From NCBI GenBank assembly GCA_965240325.2, contig OZ251252.1, positions 744,001 to 808,000 on the forward strand: a stretch of 64,000 nucleotides of DNA, given 5' to 3'. The translations under genes were made by a program, and so were the position numbers. Below are positions 45,730 to 57,342 of this stretch, one piece after another; position 1 is the stretch's first letter, and each line of letters starts with the position of its first letter. The notes below the pieces were generated by a model, which did no database searches, was not told where the DNA came from, and worked only from the letters and a program-made list of their open reading frames with translations. The stretch comes from Rebecca billardiae RCC1528. Taxonomy: Eukaryota > Protista > Haptophyta.

Positions 45730-48700
45730 ATGGCGGCCCCCTCGGCACCGCACGCGGCCGCGCTCGGCGCGGCGACGCTCGCCGGCGCGGCGGCGCTGGT
45801 CGCGCTGTACCGGTACGCCACGACTCGCCGCCCCGCCGCACCGCCGCCCCTCGACCCGCTCGAGGACGCTGCCGTCGAGGAGGCGATCGTCTGGGCGACG
45901 ACCCACGGGCTGCTCGTTCGCGGAGAGCCGCGCGGCGCGCCGACGTGGACGCACTGCCCGATGGCGCTGCGCCCGACGCCGTACCCGCGCGCCGAGTTCG
46001 AGCGGGCGGTCCGGCTCGCCCCGCTCTTCGGCCGCCTCGTCGACCGCGTGTCGCGCGACGTCCCCTGGCTGCACCGCACGCTCGCGCCCACTGCGGCATC
46101 GGACCCGTTCACGCGGCGGCTACTGGAGATATCGCGCGCGGTGCACGAGGAGGGCGAGGCGCAGGGCGCGAAGCTCGGGCTGCTGCGCTCGGACTACATG
46201 CTCCACGCCCCCGCGCTCGACGAGTCCGGCGGCGCGCACGAGTCCGGACGCCGCACCCTCCTCCAGGTCGAGCTGAACACAATCGCTTCCTCGTTCGGAG
46301 CGCTCGGCGCGCTCGTCACCAAAATGCATGCGGCGGTGGCGCCGCCGCCGAAGGGGGCGGTGCCGCCGAGCGCGCCGGGCGTGGGGCCGCCGGCGTGCCC
46401 GCCGAACGGCAACCTCGAGGGGCTGCCCGACGCGCTCGCCGCCGCGCACGCGCACTACTGCGAGCAGGCGCGCGCGCCGCGCCGCGCCGCGCCGCGCCGC
46501 GCCGCGAGCGCGCGCGCGTGCGGCGCGCGTCGACGCGCATCGCCGCGCCGCGCCGTGCCGCGCGCCGCGCGCCGCACGCACGCGCTCGCGGTGGCCCCGG
46601 CTGAGCCCCGCCTCGCGACCCCGCGCGGCGCAGGTGGCCGTGCGCTCGCGCAGCTACGCCGCGAGCGGCGGCTCGCCGCCGCCGCACCGCTCGGCGCCTC
46701 GCGCCGCCTACGCCACGTCGACTGGCCCCGCGCGCGGCGCCGGCCCCGGCCGCGGCGGCGGCGGCGCGCGCGCGAGCCCGGGCGGCGCGGGCGGCTCGCC
46801 CGGCCCCGCGCCGCCGCCCAGCTCGGCGGACCCGCCGCTCCCCGTCGTCCTCTTTGTCGTGCAGCCGGGCGAGCGCAACGCCGTCGACCAGCGGCTGCTC
46901 GAGGCGAGTCTCTGGGTGCGCGCGCGGAGGGTTAGGGTTGGGGGTAGGGTTGGAGGTAGGGTTAGGGGTAGGGTTAGGGGAAGACCAGCGGCTGCTCGAG
47001 GCGAGTCTCTGGGTGCGCGCGCGGAGGGTTAGAGTTAGGGGTAGTGTGGTTAGGGGTAGGGTGGATGCGCGCAAGGCGACGCCCGCCCGCTGTGCCCGCC
47101 GCGTCTGGCGTGTCGGGCGCCCCCTCCAGCCCTAACCCTACCCTACCCCCAACCCTCCCCGCGCGCACACCCACCCACCGCGCGCGTGCGCAGGAGCGCG
47201 CGCGCGTGCGCGCCGTGCGGCGCACGCTCGCGCAGGTGCGCTCGCACGGCCGGCTTGTCGAGCGCTCCGGGCTGCGCGTGCTGCTACTCTCCGGCGTGCC
47301 CCCGCGCGCGTCCGAGCGCCTGGACTCCCCGGACTCCCTCCGCGGTCCGGACGACCTCCCGGAGGTGGAGGTGAGTGCCGTCTACTTCAGAGCCGGGTAC
47401 ACGCCTGACGACTATCCGAGCTCGCACGAGTGGGCAGGTGCGCGCGCGGGTGCCGGGGGCGTGCGCGCACGCGCGCGTGTGCGTGTGTCACGTGTGAGCG
47501 CGTGTGTGTGTGTGAGCGCGTGTGCGCCAGCTGAGCGGTGCCGCAGGGGCGGGCGGGTGGGGGGCGCCTGCGCGGGAGCCCTCCCTCCATCCAGCCCGCC
47601 AAGCAGAAGCCAAGCAGAAGCCAAGCCGAACGAGATGGGTGGGCGCAGCGGCTGGCAAGCGTGGCGCTCACCCTCCCCACTGCCCCCGCGCCGCCCCTCC
47701 CCGCCGCCCCCGCCCCCGCCAGCGCGGCTGCTGATTGAGCGGGCGTTCGCCATCAAGTGTCCGTGCATCGACTATCACCTCGCGGGCGCAAAGAAGGCGC
47801 GCGCACGGCGCACACCGCACGCAGCGCACCGCCACACCACCCGCACCGCACACAGCGCAGCGCAGCGCAGCGCAGCGCAGCGCACAGCGCAGCGCACAGC
47901 GCAGCGCAGCGCAGCGCAGCGCAGCGCAGCGCAGCGCAGCGCAGCGCAGCGCAGCGCAGCGCAGCGCAGCGCAGCGCGGCGCAATGCCAGGCCCTGGCCA
48001 GACAGCACGCGGCAGCACGGCGCGCCAGGCCCTCCGCGCCCGCCGCCAGCCAGCCAGCGCTCACGCGCGGCCGTTCCCGCCGCCCCGCCGCCTCCGCCCG
48101 CAGGTGCAACAGGCGCTCGCGCTGCCGGGCGCTGTCGAGCGCTTCCTGAGCCCGGCTGAGGCCACGGCGGTGCGCGGCTGCTTCGCGGGACTGCACGCGC
48201 TCAGCGAGCTTGACGAGACACTGCCGGGGAGCGCCGGGCCCGCGCGGCCCGCCGGGCGCACGCTCCGCGAGACGGTGGAGGCGGAGCCGCACGCGTGGGT
48301 GCTCAAGCCGCAGCGCGAGGGCGGCGGTGCGCGCGCGCGCGCGGCAGGCCCGGCGTGTGCGTGCGCGTGCGCGTGCGCGTGCGCGTGCGCGTGCGCGTGC
48401 GCGTGCGCGTGCGCGTGCGCGTGCGCGTGCGCGTGCGCGTGCGCGTGCGCGTGCGCGTGTGCGTGTGCACGTGCGCCGCTGCGCGCTCGAGCCACTCCTT
48501 CCATCACCCAGCAGCCCCACGCCTCCACACGCCGTCACACGCCGCCCGCCGCCGTCCCTCCTCCCCCCTGCCGCCCGCCCGCGCGCCCACCCCAACCCTA
48601 CCCCTCAACCCTACCCCTCAACCCTAACCCTAACCCACCCTAACACCTGGGCGCGGCCGCTGGGCGCGGCCGCAGGGAACAACACGTACGGCCAGGCGAT

Positions 48701-48989
48701 CCCACCGATGCTCAGCCGGCTCCGGCCCGACGAGCTCGACGGTTATATCCTGATGCAGCGCATCTTCCCGCCGATCCACCACGGCCGCACGCTCGTGCGC
48801 GCCGAGCAAGCGGCGGCCTTCTCGACCGTCTCCGAGCTGGGAATCTTCTCCACGATTCTCGCGGACGAGAAGGGGCGCGAGATGCGCAATCTCGCGGCGG
48901 GGCACCTTCTACGCACCAAGCCGGCCGACGCGGACGAGGGAGGCGTCGCGGCGGGGTACGCTGTCCTCGACAGCCCGCTGCTGCACTGA
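45730..48989 (+). CDS. GSS: Glutathione synthetase, eukaryotic type; exons 45730-46467, 46634-46915, 47194-47437, 47723-47796, 48104-48326, 48676-48989
   Basis: LLRSDYM, QVELNTIASSF, ERNAVDQ, VYFRAGYTPDDY, IKCP..YHLAGAKKVQQ, VLKPQREGGGNN, YILMQRI, SELGIF, EGGVAAG; five introns, two with GC donors (46468, 47797). Confidence 0.95.
46886..47157. repeat. 97-bp tandem duplication of exon end + donor, and telomere-like (TTAGGG/CCCTAA) repeats in GSS intron 2
   Basis: GACCAGCGGCTGCTCGAGGCGAGTCTCTGGGTGCGCGCGCGGAGGGTTAG at 46886 and 46983; GGTTAGGG variants 46926-47062; CCCTAACCCTACCCTA at ~47130. Confidence 0.9.
47853..47975. repeat. (GCGCA)n microsatellite in GSS intron 4
   Basis: Directly visible pentanucleotide run. 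Confidence 0.95.
48353..48644. repeat. (GCGTGC)n run followed by CCCTAA-like repeats in GSS intron 5
   Basis: Hexamer run 48353-48465; CCCAACCCTACCCCTCAACCCTA...CCCTAACCCTAACCC 48588-48644. Confidence 0.95.
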
Positions 48990-49385
48990 GCGCAGCTCAC
49001 GCGAGCTCGTGCACTCCTCGGAGCGCTCACGACGCGAGCGCTGGACGATGGACCCGTGGGCTGCTGGTGACGGCGATGCGATCAGCTGATGACGGTCCGA
49101 ATGCAACCGGCACCGCGGGCGGGGCCCCCGCGGGGGCGCAGTCACAGACTGCGCGCACAGACCGCAGTACGAGAGCGTATACACTCCATGCCGCACGAGC
49201 AGGAGTGAGCAGACCGCCGCGCCGGACAGGCGCGCCAAGTGCGTGGCAACGCCCGGCCGCGGGCCCCACGCCGCGGCGCCGGGCCGGTCCGACGCGGCGC
49301 GGACGCGGGCGGCCGGGCTCGGCGGAGTCGGCCGCGCGGGGCCGCCCGGCGGGGCCGCGGCGGCGGGTGTCGCCTGTGAGCTAGC

Positions 49386-49387
<2 letters not shown>

Positions 49388-49425
<38 letters not shown>

Positions 49426-49470
49426 TGCGCTATATATATATATATATATATACTACTACTATACTATATA
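49388..49470. repeat. (TA)n microsatellite between convergent genes
   Basis: Interrupted TA run between the GSS stop and the 49677 stop. Confidence 0.95.
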
Positions 49471-49676
49471 CGGCCACGCGCGGCGCGCGGCCATCATCGT
49501 CGTCATCATCGCGTCAGCTCGCGTCGATCAGCACGCGGCGGTCGTCGTCGTCGCCGGCGCAGGCTGTTCGCGCGGCTCTCGGCCTGCCCGGAGGCGGCGA
49601 CCGGCGGGCGCGCGGGCCGGCGAGGCCGCGCTGAGAGTGCAGCCGCCGGCCGCGCGCGCCCGAGCGGGCGTCGTCG

Positions 49677-50400
49677 TCAGTAGCCGCGCTCGGCGACCCA
49701 GATGGCGTGCAGCGCGTGCAGCGCCGAGCGGAACGCGGCGGTGGGCACGCGCACGCCGTGCACCGAGTTGAGGTACCACATGTGTCGCATCATGAGAGAC
49801 GGCGACGCGTACGAGCGAGCGTTCAGCAGCGGCATGCCTCTGCCGTCTGTGCGGTTGCGCTGGAGGGCGACGGCGGTGGGCGCGGTGTTGCCGAAGCGGT
49901 ACTCGATGTCCTCCGGCGCGGCGCACAGCGGCAGCAGGTGCACCGGCTGCGCGCACGCGAGCGCCAGCTTCTCGAAGCTCCCGTACAGCCCGAACATTTG
50001 GTTGCCCGCGTGCGGCGCGCGCCGCCGGTCGCGGCCGTCGGCGAGGAACTGCGTCTCGTCAGCCGTGTAACCGTCGGAGTCGCAGAGCGGGTAGGGCTTG
50101 ACGGTGATCAGCGCGGCGCCCGGCTTGAGGAAGAGCGCGTTCGCCAGCCCCGAGCCCTCCACGCCCACCAGCGCCGCCGCCGACGAGACGAGCGCGGGCA
50201 CGTCGCGCACCGGCATCGCTCCCAGCTGCACCGTGCGCGCCTCGATTCGAAACGCGGCGGACTCGGCGGAGAGGGCCTGGACGGCGCCGACGAGCTCGTC
50301 GACGTTGCGGAGGTGCCGGCGCGCGAGCCGCTTGTCGTCGCGCTCGGCGATGCGCTGCTCGATCAGGATCAGCTTCAGCGGCAGGCCCTCGTCCTCCGCC

Positions 50401-50443
<43 letters not shown>

Positions 50444-53400
50444 GCTTGGCGGCGCGGCCGGCGCCGCCGCGCGCCTTGCGGCGGCGGTCTTCAAAGAAAT
50501 CGGCGTCGGTGAAGCTGAGGCGCGGCAGCAGCTGCTTCTCGGCGTCGGAGCCGGGCGGCGGCGGCGGCGCGGTCTGCATGTCCAGCGGCGGCACGCCGAA
50601 CCGCTCGAACGCGAACGCCTGGAACAGCGGCACCAGCGCGCGCGCGCGCCAGCGCCGCACGCGCGCGCCGCCTCCGACTGCCAGTCCCGGCCCGAGTCCG
50701 CGGTCTGAAAAGTAGTCCCAAATGTTGCCCATGCCGAGGGCGCCCGAGCCGTAGACGGTGGCGGGGAGGCGCGTGCACGCGAGCGCCGCGCCGCCACCGC
50801 CGCCGCGCGCCGCCGCCGACGGCACCGGGATGTACGCCGCGCGCGGGAAGAGCGTCGCCACCGTCTCAGCAAATCGATGATGCAGCCCGCCGGTTCGGGC
50901 GGCGCCGCGGGAGGTGCCGCTCGGATCAATCACGAGCACGAGATCGTCGGCGAAGGCCCAGCGGCGCGCGCCGGCGCCGCGCTCGAGCAGCCCGCCCGCG
51001 CCCGCGCGGCGCAGCGCCGCCGGCGGGCGCACGAGCTGCGCGTCGTGCGCCGCGCCGAACAGCACGAGCAGCGAGGACACAAAATGGCCGTAGTTGTGCG
51101 CGGCACGCTCAGACAGCAGCCACAGGAGCGCGTGCCGCGCACGTACCACGGTGTCACCTGCCCACTCGGGGTGGGCGTCGGCGTCGGCGTCGGTGGCGTT
51201 GCCCAGCAGCGCCACGCTCGGCACGTCGCCGCGCGCGTTCGTGCACAGCCGGAACGGCGGGTACGCCCACGCGGCCGTGCGCACGCCGGCGGGCGTCACA
51301 TAGGGCCGCGCGGCCGGCAGCAGCGGCGGCTTTCGGAGGCGCGACGCGAGCGGGCTCTTCACGTCATAGCGCATTTCGTAGTAGACGCGGCGGCGCAGGT
51401 TGAGGCCGAGGTCGCGCAGGTCGCTCGCCTCGCGCGCGCCCATCGCCGCGTCCTGCGCCGCGCGCGCGAGCTGCGCCGCGGGCGCGGACAGCGCCGCCGC
51501 GGGCGGCGCGCCACCAGCCGCGCCACCGGCGGCGGCGCGCTCGACCGCAGGCGGCGGGCCAAGCGATGCGTAGACGCGCGCGCGCGGCGCGCTGTGCGAG
51601 GCGAGGAGGAGGAGGAGGAGCGCGCACGCCGCGAGCGCGAGCAGCGCGGCGCGGCTGCCGCGCACGCGCGAGCCCAGCACGCCGCCGCCGCCGCCGCCGC
51701 CCGCCGGGCTCCCAGGCACCGCCTGGTACTCTCGGCCGCCGCGACGGCCTCCGCCGCCGCCGCCGCCGCCGCCGCCGAGCGCCGCGGCGGCGGCGAACCC
51801 GGCGAGCGCGCCCACCGCGGCGATGAGCGCCGTGTGCGCGAGCCCCGGCGGCGGCAGCTCCACCTCGAGCGTCTCGGCGTACGCCGCGTCGCCCGGCCGG
51901 CCGCGGCGGCCGCGCGGCGAGCGCTCGCCGTCGGCGCGCGCGCCCGCGCCGCCGTCCGCGCCGCCGTCCGCGCCGCCGCCGGCGCCGCCGCCGCCGCCTG
52001 CGCCGCCGCCGCCGCCGCCGGGCTTGGGCTCGGCGGGCGAGGGCGAGGGCGGCGCGGCGCGCTCGTCGAGCAGCGAGACGTTCGTCCGCGGCGACACGCC
52101 GTAGAACCGCGCGCCGTCCTCCGCGCGCGTCGGGATGAACACGCGCGGCCCGTGCCGCTGCCGGTTGAGCCGTTTTTTTTCAGACTCGGTGGTGGGCTCG
52201 GGCGCTTCTTTTAAATATTCCTCGTACGTGCCGAAAAAGGTGATTTGCGGGCCGAGCGTGCCGGGGCCGTCGCGCGGGCACTTGTCGACCTGCACGCCGC
52301 GGCACAGGTCGCAGCGCGGGCCGACCACCATCCGCAGCCCGCCCTCCTCCTCCTCCTCCTCCCCCTCCTCCGCCTCCGCCTCCGCCTCCGCGCCGCCGCC
52401 GCCGCCCTGACCATGCTGGACAGCAGCGCCGCCGGCGGCGCTGCCCTCGGCCCCGGCGCCGCCGCCCTCGGCGCCGTCGGGCTCGAGGTTGCCCACCTCC
52501 GCGACGCGCGGCCTCGGCCGCTCCGCCTTCATCTTCTTCTGCAGCTTCGCCGGCAGCGCTGCCAGCGCCACGTCCAGCGTCACCGCCGGCTCCCAGCTCC
52601 CCGCATACGCGCGCGCCATCCGCGGCGCGATCAGCTTGACCAGTTGCTGCTCGCCGTGGGTGGCGGGCTTGGAGCGCGGCATGTAGAAGGACTTACCCGG
52701 GTCGTGCACCACCTTGGCGTTGCCCGAGCCGAAGCGCAGCGCCTTCCCCTTCGAGTAGTACTTGCCCGTCGCCGTGCCTGCGCGCGCACGGGCGCGGCGG
52801 CGCACCGAGCGGCGTGAGCGCTCGGCTGGCGGCGGCGGCGCGCGGTGGGCGGCGGCGGCGCGCTCGGGCGGCGGCGGCGCGCGCGCGCGCGCGCGCGCGG
52901 GGGCTTCGCGCGGCCTCGCCCTCGCGCCCGGCCGTGCGCGCGGGGCGGTCGCGCGCAGGCAGCAGACGGCGGCAGGCGGCGGCAGCGGCGCACCGTTCAC
53001 GGGTACGTACCCCCAGCGGTAGCCCAGGGCGGCATTGTAGGCGGCGAGTCGCTTGTGTTGGTACGTACCCCAGCCTCGGGAGGCGAACTCGCGCACGCCG
53101 TCGGGCAGCGTGCCGAGGTGCTTGGCGCCGAGGAGCTTGGCGAGGAGGGCGAGGAAGCCCGGCCCGTCGCGCATGTCCTCCGCGAAGAACACCGCGTCCC
53201 ACCCCGCCGACGCGTCGCGCTGCTCATACGCTCGTTCGAACATTCGGTCGAGCGCCGCAAAGTGCGAGCGGAGGCCACCGCACGCGGAGCAGAACGGCTT
53301 GTGCCGCAGCGAGAGGTAGTTCTGCAGCGGGTCGCGCACGAAGAGGATGCTCGCGCTTGGGCGCACCCGCGCCCACGCCTTGAGCGTGTTCGTCCGCGCG

Positions 53401-53999
53401 TCGATCTCGCGCGGCGGCTCGCCCGGCAGCCCGTCCGGCCCTCCCCACAGCGGCCACGACTTTGCCTTGGCGACGTAATGGTGGTCGCGCGGCACGGCCT
53501 CGTCCTCGCGCATCGGCACGAGGGCGGTGCAGTCGAAGATGTCGGGGAAGCACGCCACCGCCGCGCCGGACATGAGCAGCTGGCCGCACAGGAACTCGGC
53601 GAACAGCGTGCAGCCCGAGTTCGGAAGGCACTCGATGTGAACCGTGTGAAATCCTAGCTCGTTCGGCGGCCGCTCGCGGAAGACGACGGAGTGCGGCCGG
53701 CTGCGCGCCGCGGCGGCCTGCTTCGCGGCGGACGCCTCCGCCGCCGAGACCACCGCCTCCTCCGCCGCCGCCTCCTCCTCGTCGATCGGCGTCACGTCGC
53801 CCGCGCCGTCGTCCTCCTCCGTGTCTTCCTCGGCGAGCGAGCGCCGCCGCGCGCCGCCGGGCGGGAGCTGCACGCGGATGGCGGCGCGGCTCGGGGCGGC
53901 TCGGGCGGCGCACGCGCCGAGCGCGAGGACGAGCAGCACCGCGAGCGCGCCGCGCCGCGCCGGCGGCGGGCGCCCCGCGGCGGGGGCGCGGCCGGCCAT
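49677..53999 (-). CDS. Sulfotransferase-like domain fused to GT61 (DUF563) glycosyltransferase; probable in-frame intron 52993-52778
   Basis: Signal peptide; 5'-PSB-like CLPNSGCTL and 3'-PB-like LFVRDPLQNYLS; two central hydrophobic helices; GT61 motifs HNYGHF, RRHLRNVDEL, LVGVEGSGLANALFL. Confidence 0.8.
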
Positions 54000-54745
54000 G
54001 AGCAGCCGCGAAGCTCGCCGCAGCCCTGCTGCCGCGAGGGCCTCACGACAAATTGAAAATCAACCTGGCCGCACTGGCAAGAGCCCGTGCTGGGCTCCAG
54101 GGCGAGCGCCGAGCGCTGGCCGGCGACCGAGGGCCGTGAGCGGCGACGTCGAACGGTCGAATTTGAGGAATTGGCGGTTTGCACACGTCTTCCTCCGCCG
54201 GCGCTGGACTCCTCACAGCTTGGCTTGTCAGACTCAGCAGAGTTGCTCAACGGTTGGATGTCAGATGATATATGCCATCGCTAGCAGATGGCCGCGGGGC
54301 CGGCGCAGGCCTGGCTAATACGTGGCTAATTCCGACCCGCCGCTCCTTTTGGGAGACCTCTGGCCGCGGCCCCGGAGGCCCGGTACCACCCGGGGAGCCG
54401 GTGCCTCGCCCTCAGTCAGTCAGTGCCTGCTCGTCGCGGCCGCGCGGGCAGGCCGATGCTCCCCGCCGGATTCCTCATCCATCCGGAGCCAGGGCCTGGC
54501 ACTGCGCTGACCCCACCTGCACCCACGGCCCTGGCTCACTATCCCCTCCGCGCACCGGCCGCCTCCCGGTGCCCGCCTCCCCGGCGGGCCCACCGCCGTC
54601 TGGCACAGCCGCCACGTGGAGCCTGCCGGAGTCTTCCCGTCGCCATCGCCGCCGCCGCTCACGGCCTCGGCAGCGGCCATGGGATCTCGGCCGCGAGCAG
54701 CGCCACGCAGCCCGGGAGGCATCCGCATCCCCGCCGCGCAGGGCC

Positions 54746-55339
54746 TCAGCTCAGCGGCGGGCCCGCGGCCATCGGGTCGGTGGCAAGCAGTGCGAGCAGC
54801 CCGAGCTGCATCAGCATCACCGCCGACAGGACGGCGAGCACCACGCCGCGCGGCCAGCGGCTCGAGCCGACGGCGCCGCCGAGCTCGGGCCGTGCCCCGC
54901 CGCCGCGCCCCGCGCCGCGCTGCTCGCCCTCCTGCGTGCCTGGCGCGCGCGCGCCGAGCGGCAGCGGCACCATGAACCGAAGGCCAAGACCAAACAGGCT
55001 GATGGTGCGCGCGCGCTCGGCGTCGAGCTCGAGCTGGCGGACGCGCGCGTCGAGCCGCTCGACGTCGTCCACGCCCACGCCCGACGAGCCGTCCAGCGCG
55101 CCCACGCGCGCCGCCTGCAGCTCGACGCGCGCCGCCTCGGTCGCCTCGCGCGCCGCGATCGCGCCGTCTATCTTGAGCCGCATGGCAAGCGCGCCGGCGA
55201 GGATGACGGAGGCGACGACGGCCGCGCCGGCGTCGAGCTGCGGCTCGAAGGAGGGGGGCTCGCTCATCGACAGCGCGCTGTGCTGCGCGCCGGCGCCATC
55301 TCGACCGAGCAGCGGCAGGCGCGCGCCGAGCACGCGCAT
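54746..55339 (-). CDS. Hypothetical small membrane protein with coiled coil
   Basis: ORF with TM AAVVASVILAGALAM, coiled coil, C-terminal TM ending LLATDPM; start uncertain. Confidence 0.65.
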   Translation of the reverse strand: MRVLGARLPLLGRDGAGAQHSALSMSEPPSFEPQLDAGAAVVASVILAGALAMRLKIDGAIAAREATEAARVELQAARVGALDGSSGVGVDDVERLDARVRQLELDAERARTISLFGLGLRFMVPLPLGARAPGTQEGEQRGAGRGGGARPELGGAVGSSRWPRGVVLAVLSAVMLMQLGLLALLATDPMAAGPPLS

Positions 55340-55529
55340 GGCCGCCCTCCGCGTGGGCCTCGGTGGCGCCAAGGCGGGTCTTTGGTGTCGCGCGCTTTCT
55401 GCTTCGCCGTTGCTGATGTTTCGAGCGTCCGGCTGCTGGAGCCGCCTGCAGGTCCGGACGATTTATTCGGGCTCGGCTGCCATCGTCTTTCTCCGCGTGG
55501 TCGCTCCTCGATCGCGGCCCGCGGGCGCG

Positions 55530-56213
55530 ATGCTGCTCGCCGCGCGCGCTCGTGTGGCGCTCGCGTGCCCGGCAGCGCGCGGGCCGAGCGCGCCCGCCGT
55601 GCTCGGTGCGCGGCTCGTCCGCACCACCACGCCGGACTCCATCGCCGAGCGCCGCCGTTACAAGCAGGAGGTCTCGATGCGGCGCAAGCAGTACGCAGAC
55701 GACATCAAGCAGCGGACCGAGAGCAGCGCCGCGGCGAAGGAGGCGGAGCGCGCGGAGATCGCCGAGCGCAAGAAGGCGCGGCTCGAGCTCAAGCGCCAGC
55801 GCATTGCGGAGAACCAGCGCCGCGTCGAGGCCGAGCTCGCGCAGGCGCGCGTCGAGCTGGCGGCGCGCCAACGGCTGAGCGCCCAGCAGGCGCTCGAGTA
55901 CTCGGCGGAGCACGAGGCGACGATGGCGACGCGCGTGGACATGCTCGCGCTCGAGAGCGCCGAGTTCATCACGCTGGACAACCTCGACCAGAAGATCACG
56001 CCCGAGCTCTTCACGCGCGTCGCCTCGCGCGTCGAGGACACGCCGGTCGTGCGGCGCTCGCCGCCCAGCCCGGACTCGGGCGCCGCACCGGACTACGAGC
56101 TGCTGCAGGCGCTCGGCAAGGAGCGCTCGGCGGACGTGCCGATCTGGCTGCGGCATACGGTGGTCGGGCCGAAGCGCGAGGGGGCGGGCGGGGCGGAGGG
56201 CGCGCGGGAGTAG
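55530..56213 (+). CDS. Probable mitochondrial ribosomal protein mS26-like
   Basis: Arg/Ala-rich mitochondrial-type presequence, long charged helix, ESAEFITLDNLDQKI resembling the mS26 C-terminal FITxENL motif. Confidence 0.6.
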   Translation: MLLAARARVALACPAARGPSAPAVLGARLVRTTTPDSIAERRRYKQEVSMRRKQYADDIKQRTESSAAAKEAERAEIAERKKARLELKRQRIAENQRRVEAELAQARVELAARQRLSAQQALEYSAEHEATMATRVDMLALESAEFITLDNLDQKITPELFTRVASRVEDTPVVRRSPPSPDSGAAPDYELLQALGKERSADVPIWLRHTVVGPKREGAGGAEGARE

Positions 56214-56487
56214 GCACGACAGGCGGGCGTGGAGTGCCGCCGTCGCTGACCCGTGACCGAGGCCTATGGCTATGGTACTTATGAGCCCCGTGTGTCTGTG
56301 ACCCTGTCTGCGTGTCGAGTACGACTCGTCACCCGTGAATGTCACAATTATTTATTGCTGTAGCATAGTAGTACGTAGAGCATTGATGTCTGGGCGGCTG
56401 CTCAGAGTCAGTCGCGGACGGCTCGCAGCGCGTGACGAGCTGACAAGCAGTCAAGCTCGGTCCCGAGTCGGCGATGTCTCATGACTG

Positions 56488-57342
56488 GACCCGTTGCACG
56501 GGTGAGTAACCGTGAGCGTATGAAAAAACGACAAGCGTATGAAATCTCGCGGTTTTGTCGCTCGCGCTGCCGCATGGCTGACGTCCGCGCCGATCCGAGC
56601 GCAATGGTGCATTGCGAAGCCGATTCGCAATGCACCAATCCAATCCGCATGTCAATCGACCCAACCGTCGCTGAGAACGAACGACAAAACCCAGGGCAGG
56701 TGTCCACCACGAAGCCACGCCGCGCGCGCGCTGGCAGCGTGAGCCGGCGCGGTTGCAAAGGGTTGCCCAAAGGCAGAGAGATCAGCCAATGCGGCTACCT
56801 TCGGCAAGCACGCCACCTCAGCGTCAGCATCGGGTGGGGCCGTGACGATATATGCCCTTGGATGCGGCTCCAGCCAAACGGCTCTCGACGCGGGGAGCCG
56901 CCATCGGCCGCGAGCGCGTACACGGATACACGTGCTGTCCTCGTGAACGAGGATTCAGGAGACGAGGCGCGGCCCGCGATGCGCAGGCAAGACCTAGGGA
57001 GTGGCTCACGCTTTGATCGCGTGTACGGGTACAGAAGGCGTGCGCACGCAACCGCACCGCCTTCGTGAAGCGCGTGGGCAAGCTGCTGAAGCTCTCACGA
57101 TGCGCGCTTACTTCTCACCTCCGTGCGCTCGCCGACCGCTCACGCTGCCTTCCGCGCGGCGGACCTGGGAAACCTGCCACCTGGCGCGCACGACGCAGCG
57201 CGTAACGCGGAAGGTGGTAGATCTGCTGCCACGCTCCCGCTGCCGCCGCCGGCGGCGGCAGCGGCATGCCCACGATGCGGCGACGGTGATGACTATCACT
57301 GCCAAAGTGTCGTTTTTTCGGCGCTCACGCGTGCAACGGGTC
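56488..57342. mobile_element. Non-autonomous TIR element, 855 bp, 4-bp TSD (ACTG)
   Basis: GACCCGTTGCACG at 56488 and reverse complement ending 57342, extended by GTGAGCG..GAAAAAACGACA; ACTG at 56484-56487 and 57343-57346. Confidence 0.8.

Noticed and set aside
46926-48644. Chromosome end or true telomere
   Set aside because: Repeats are short, degenerate and lie inside introns of an intact gene
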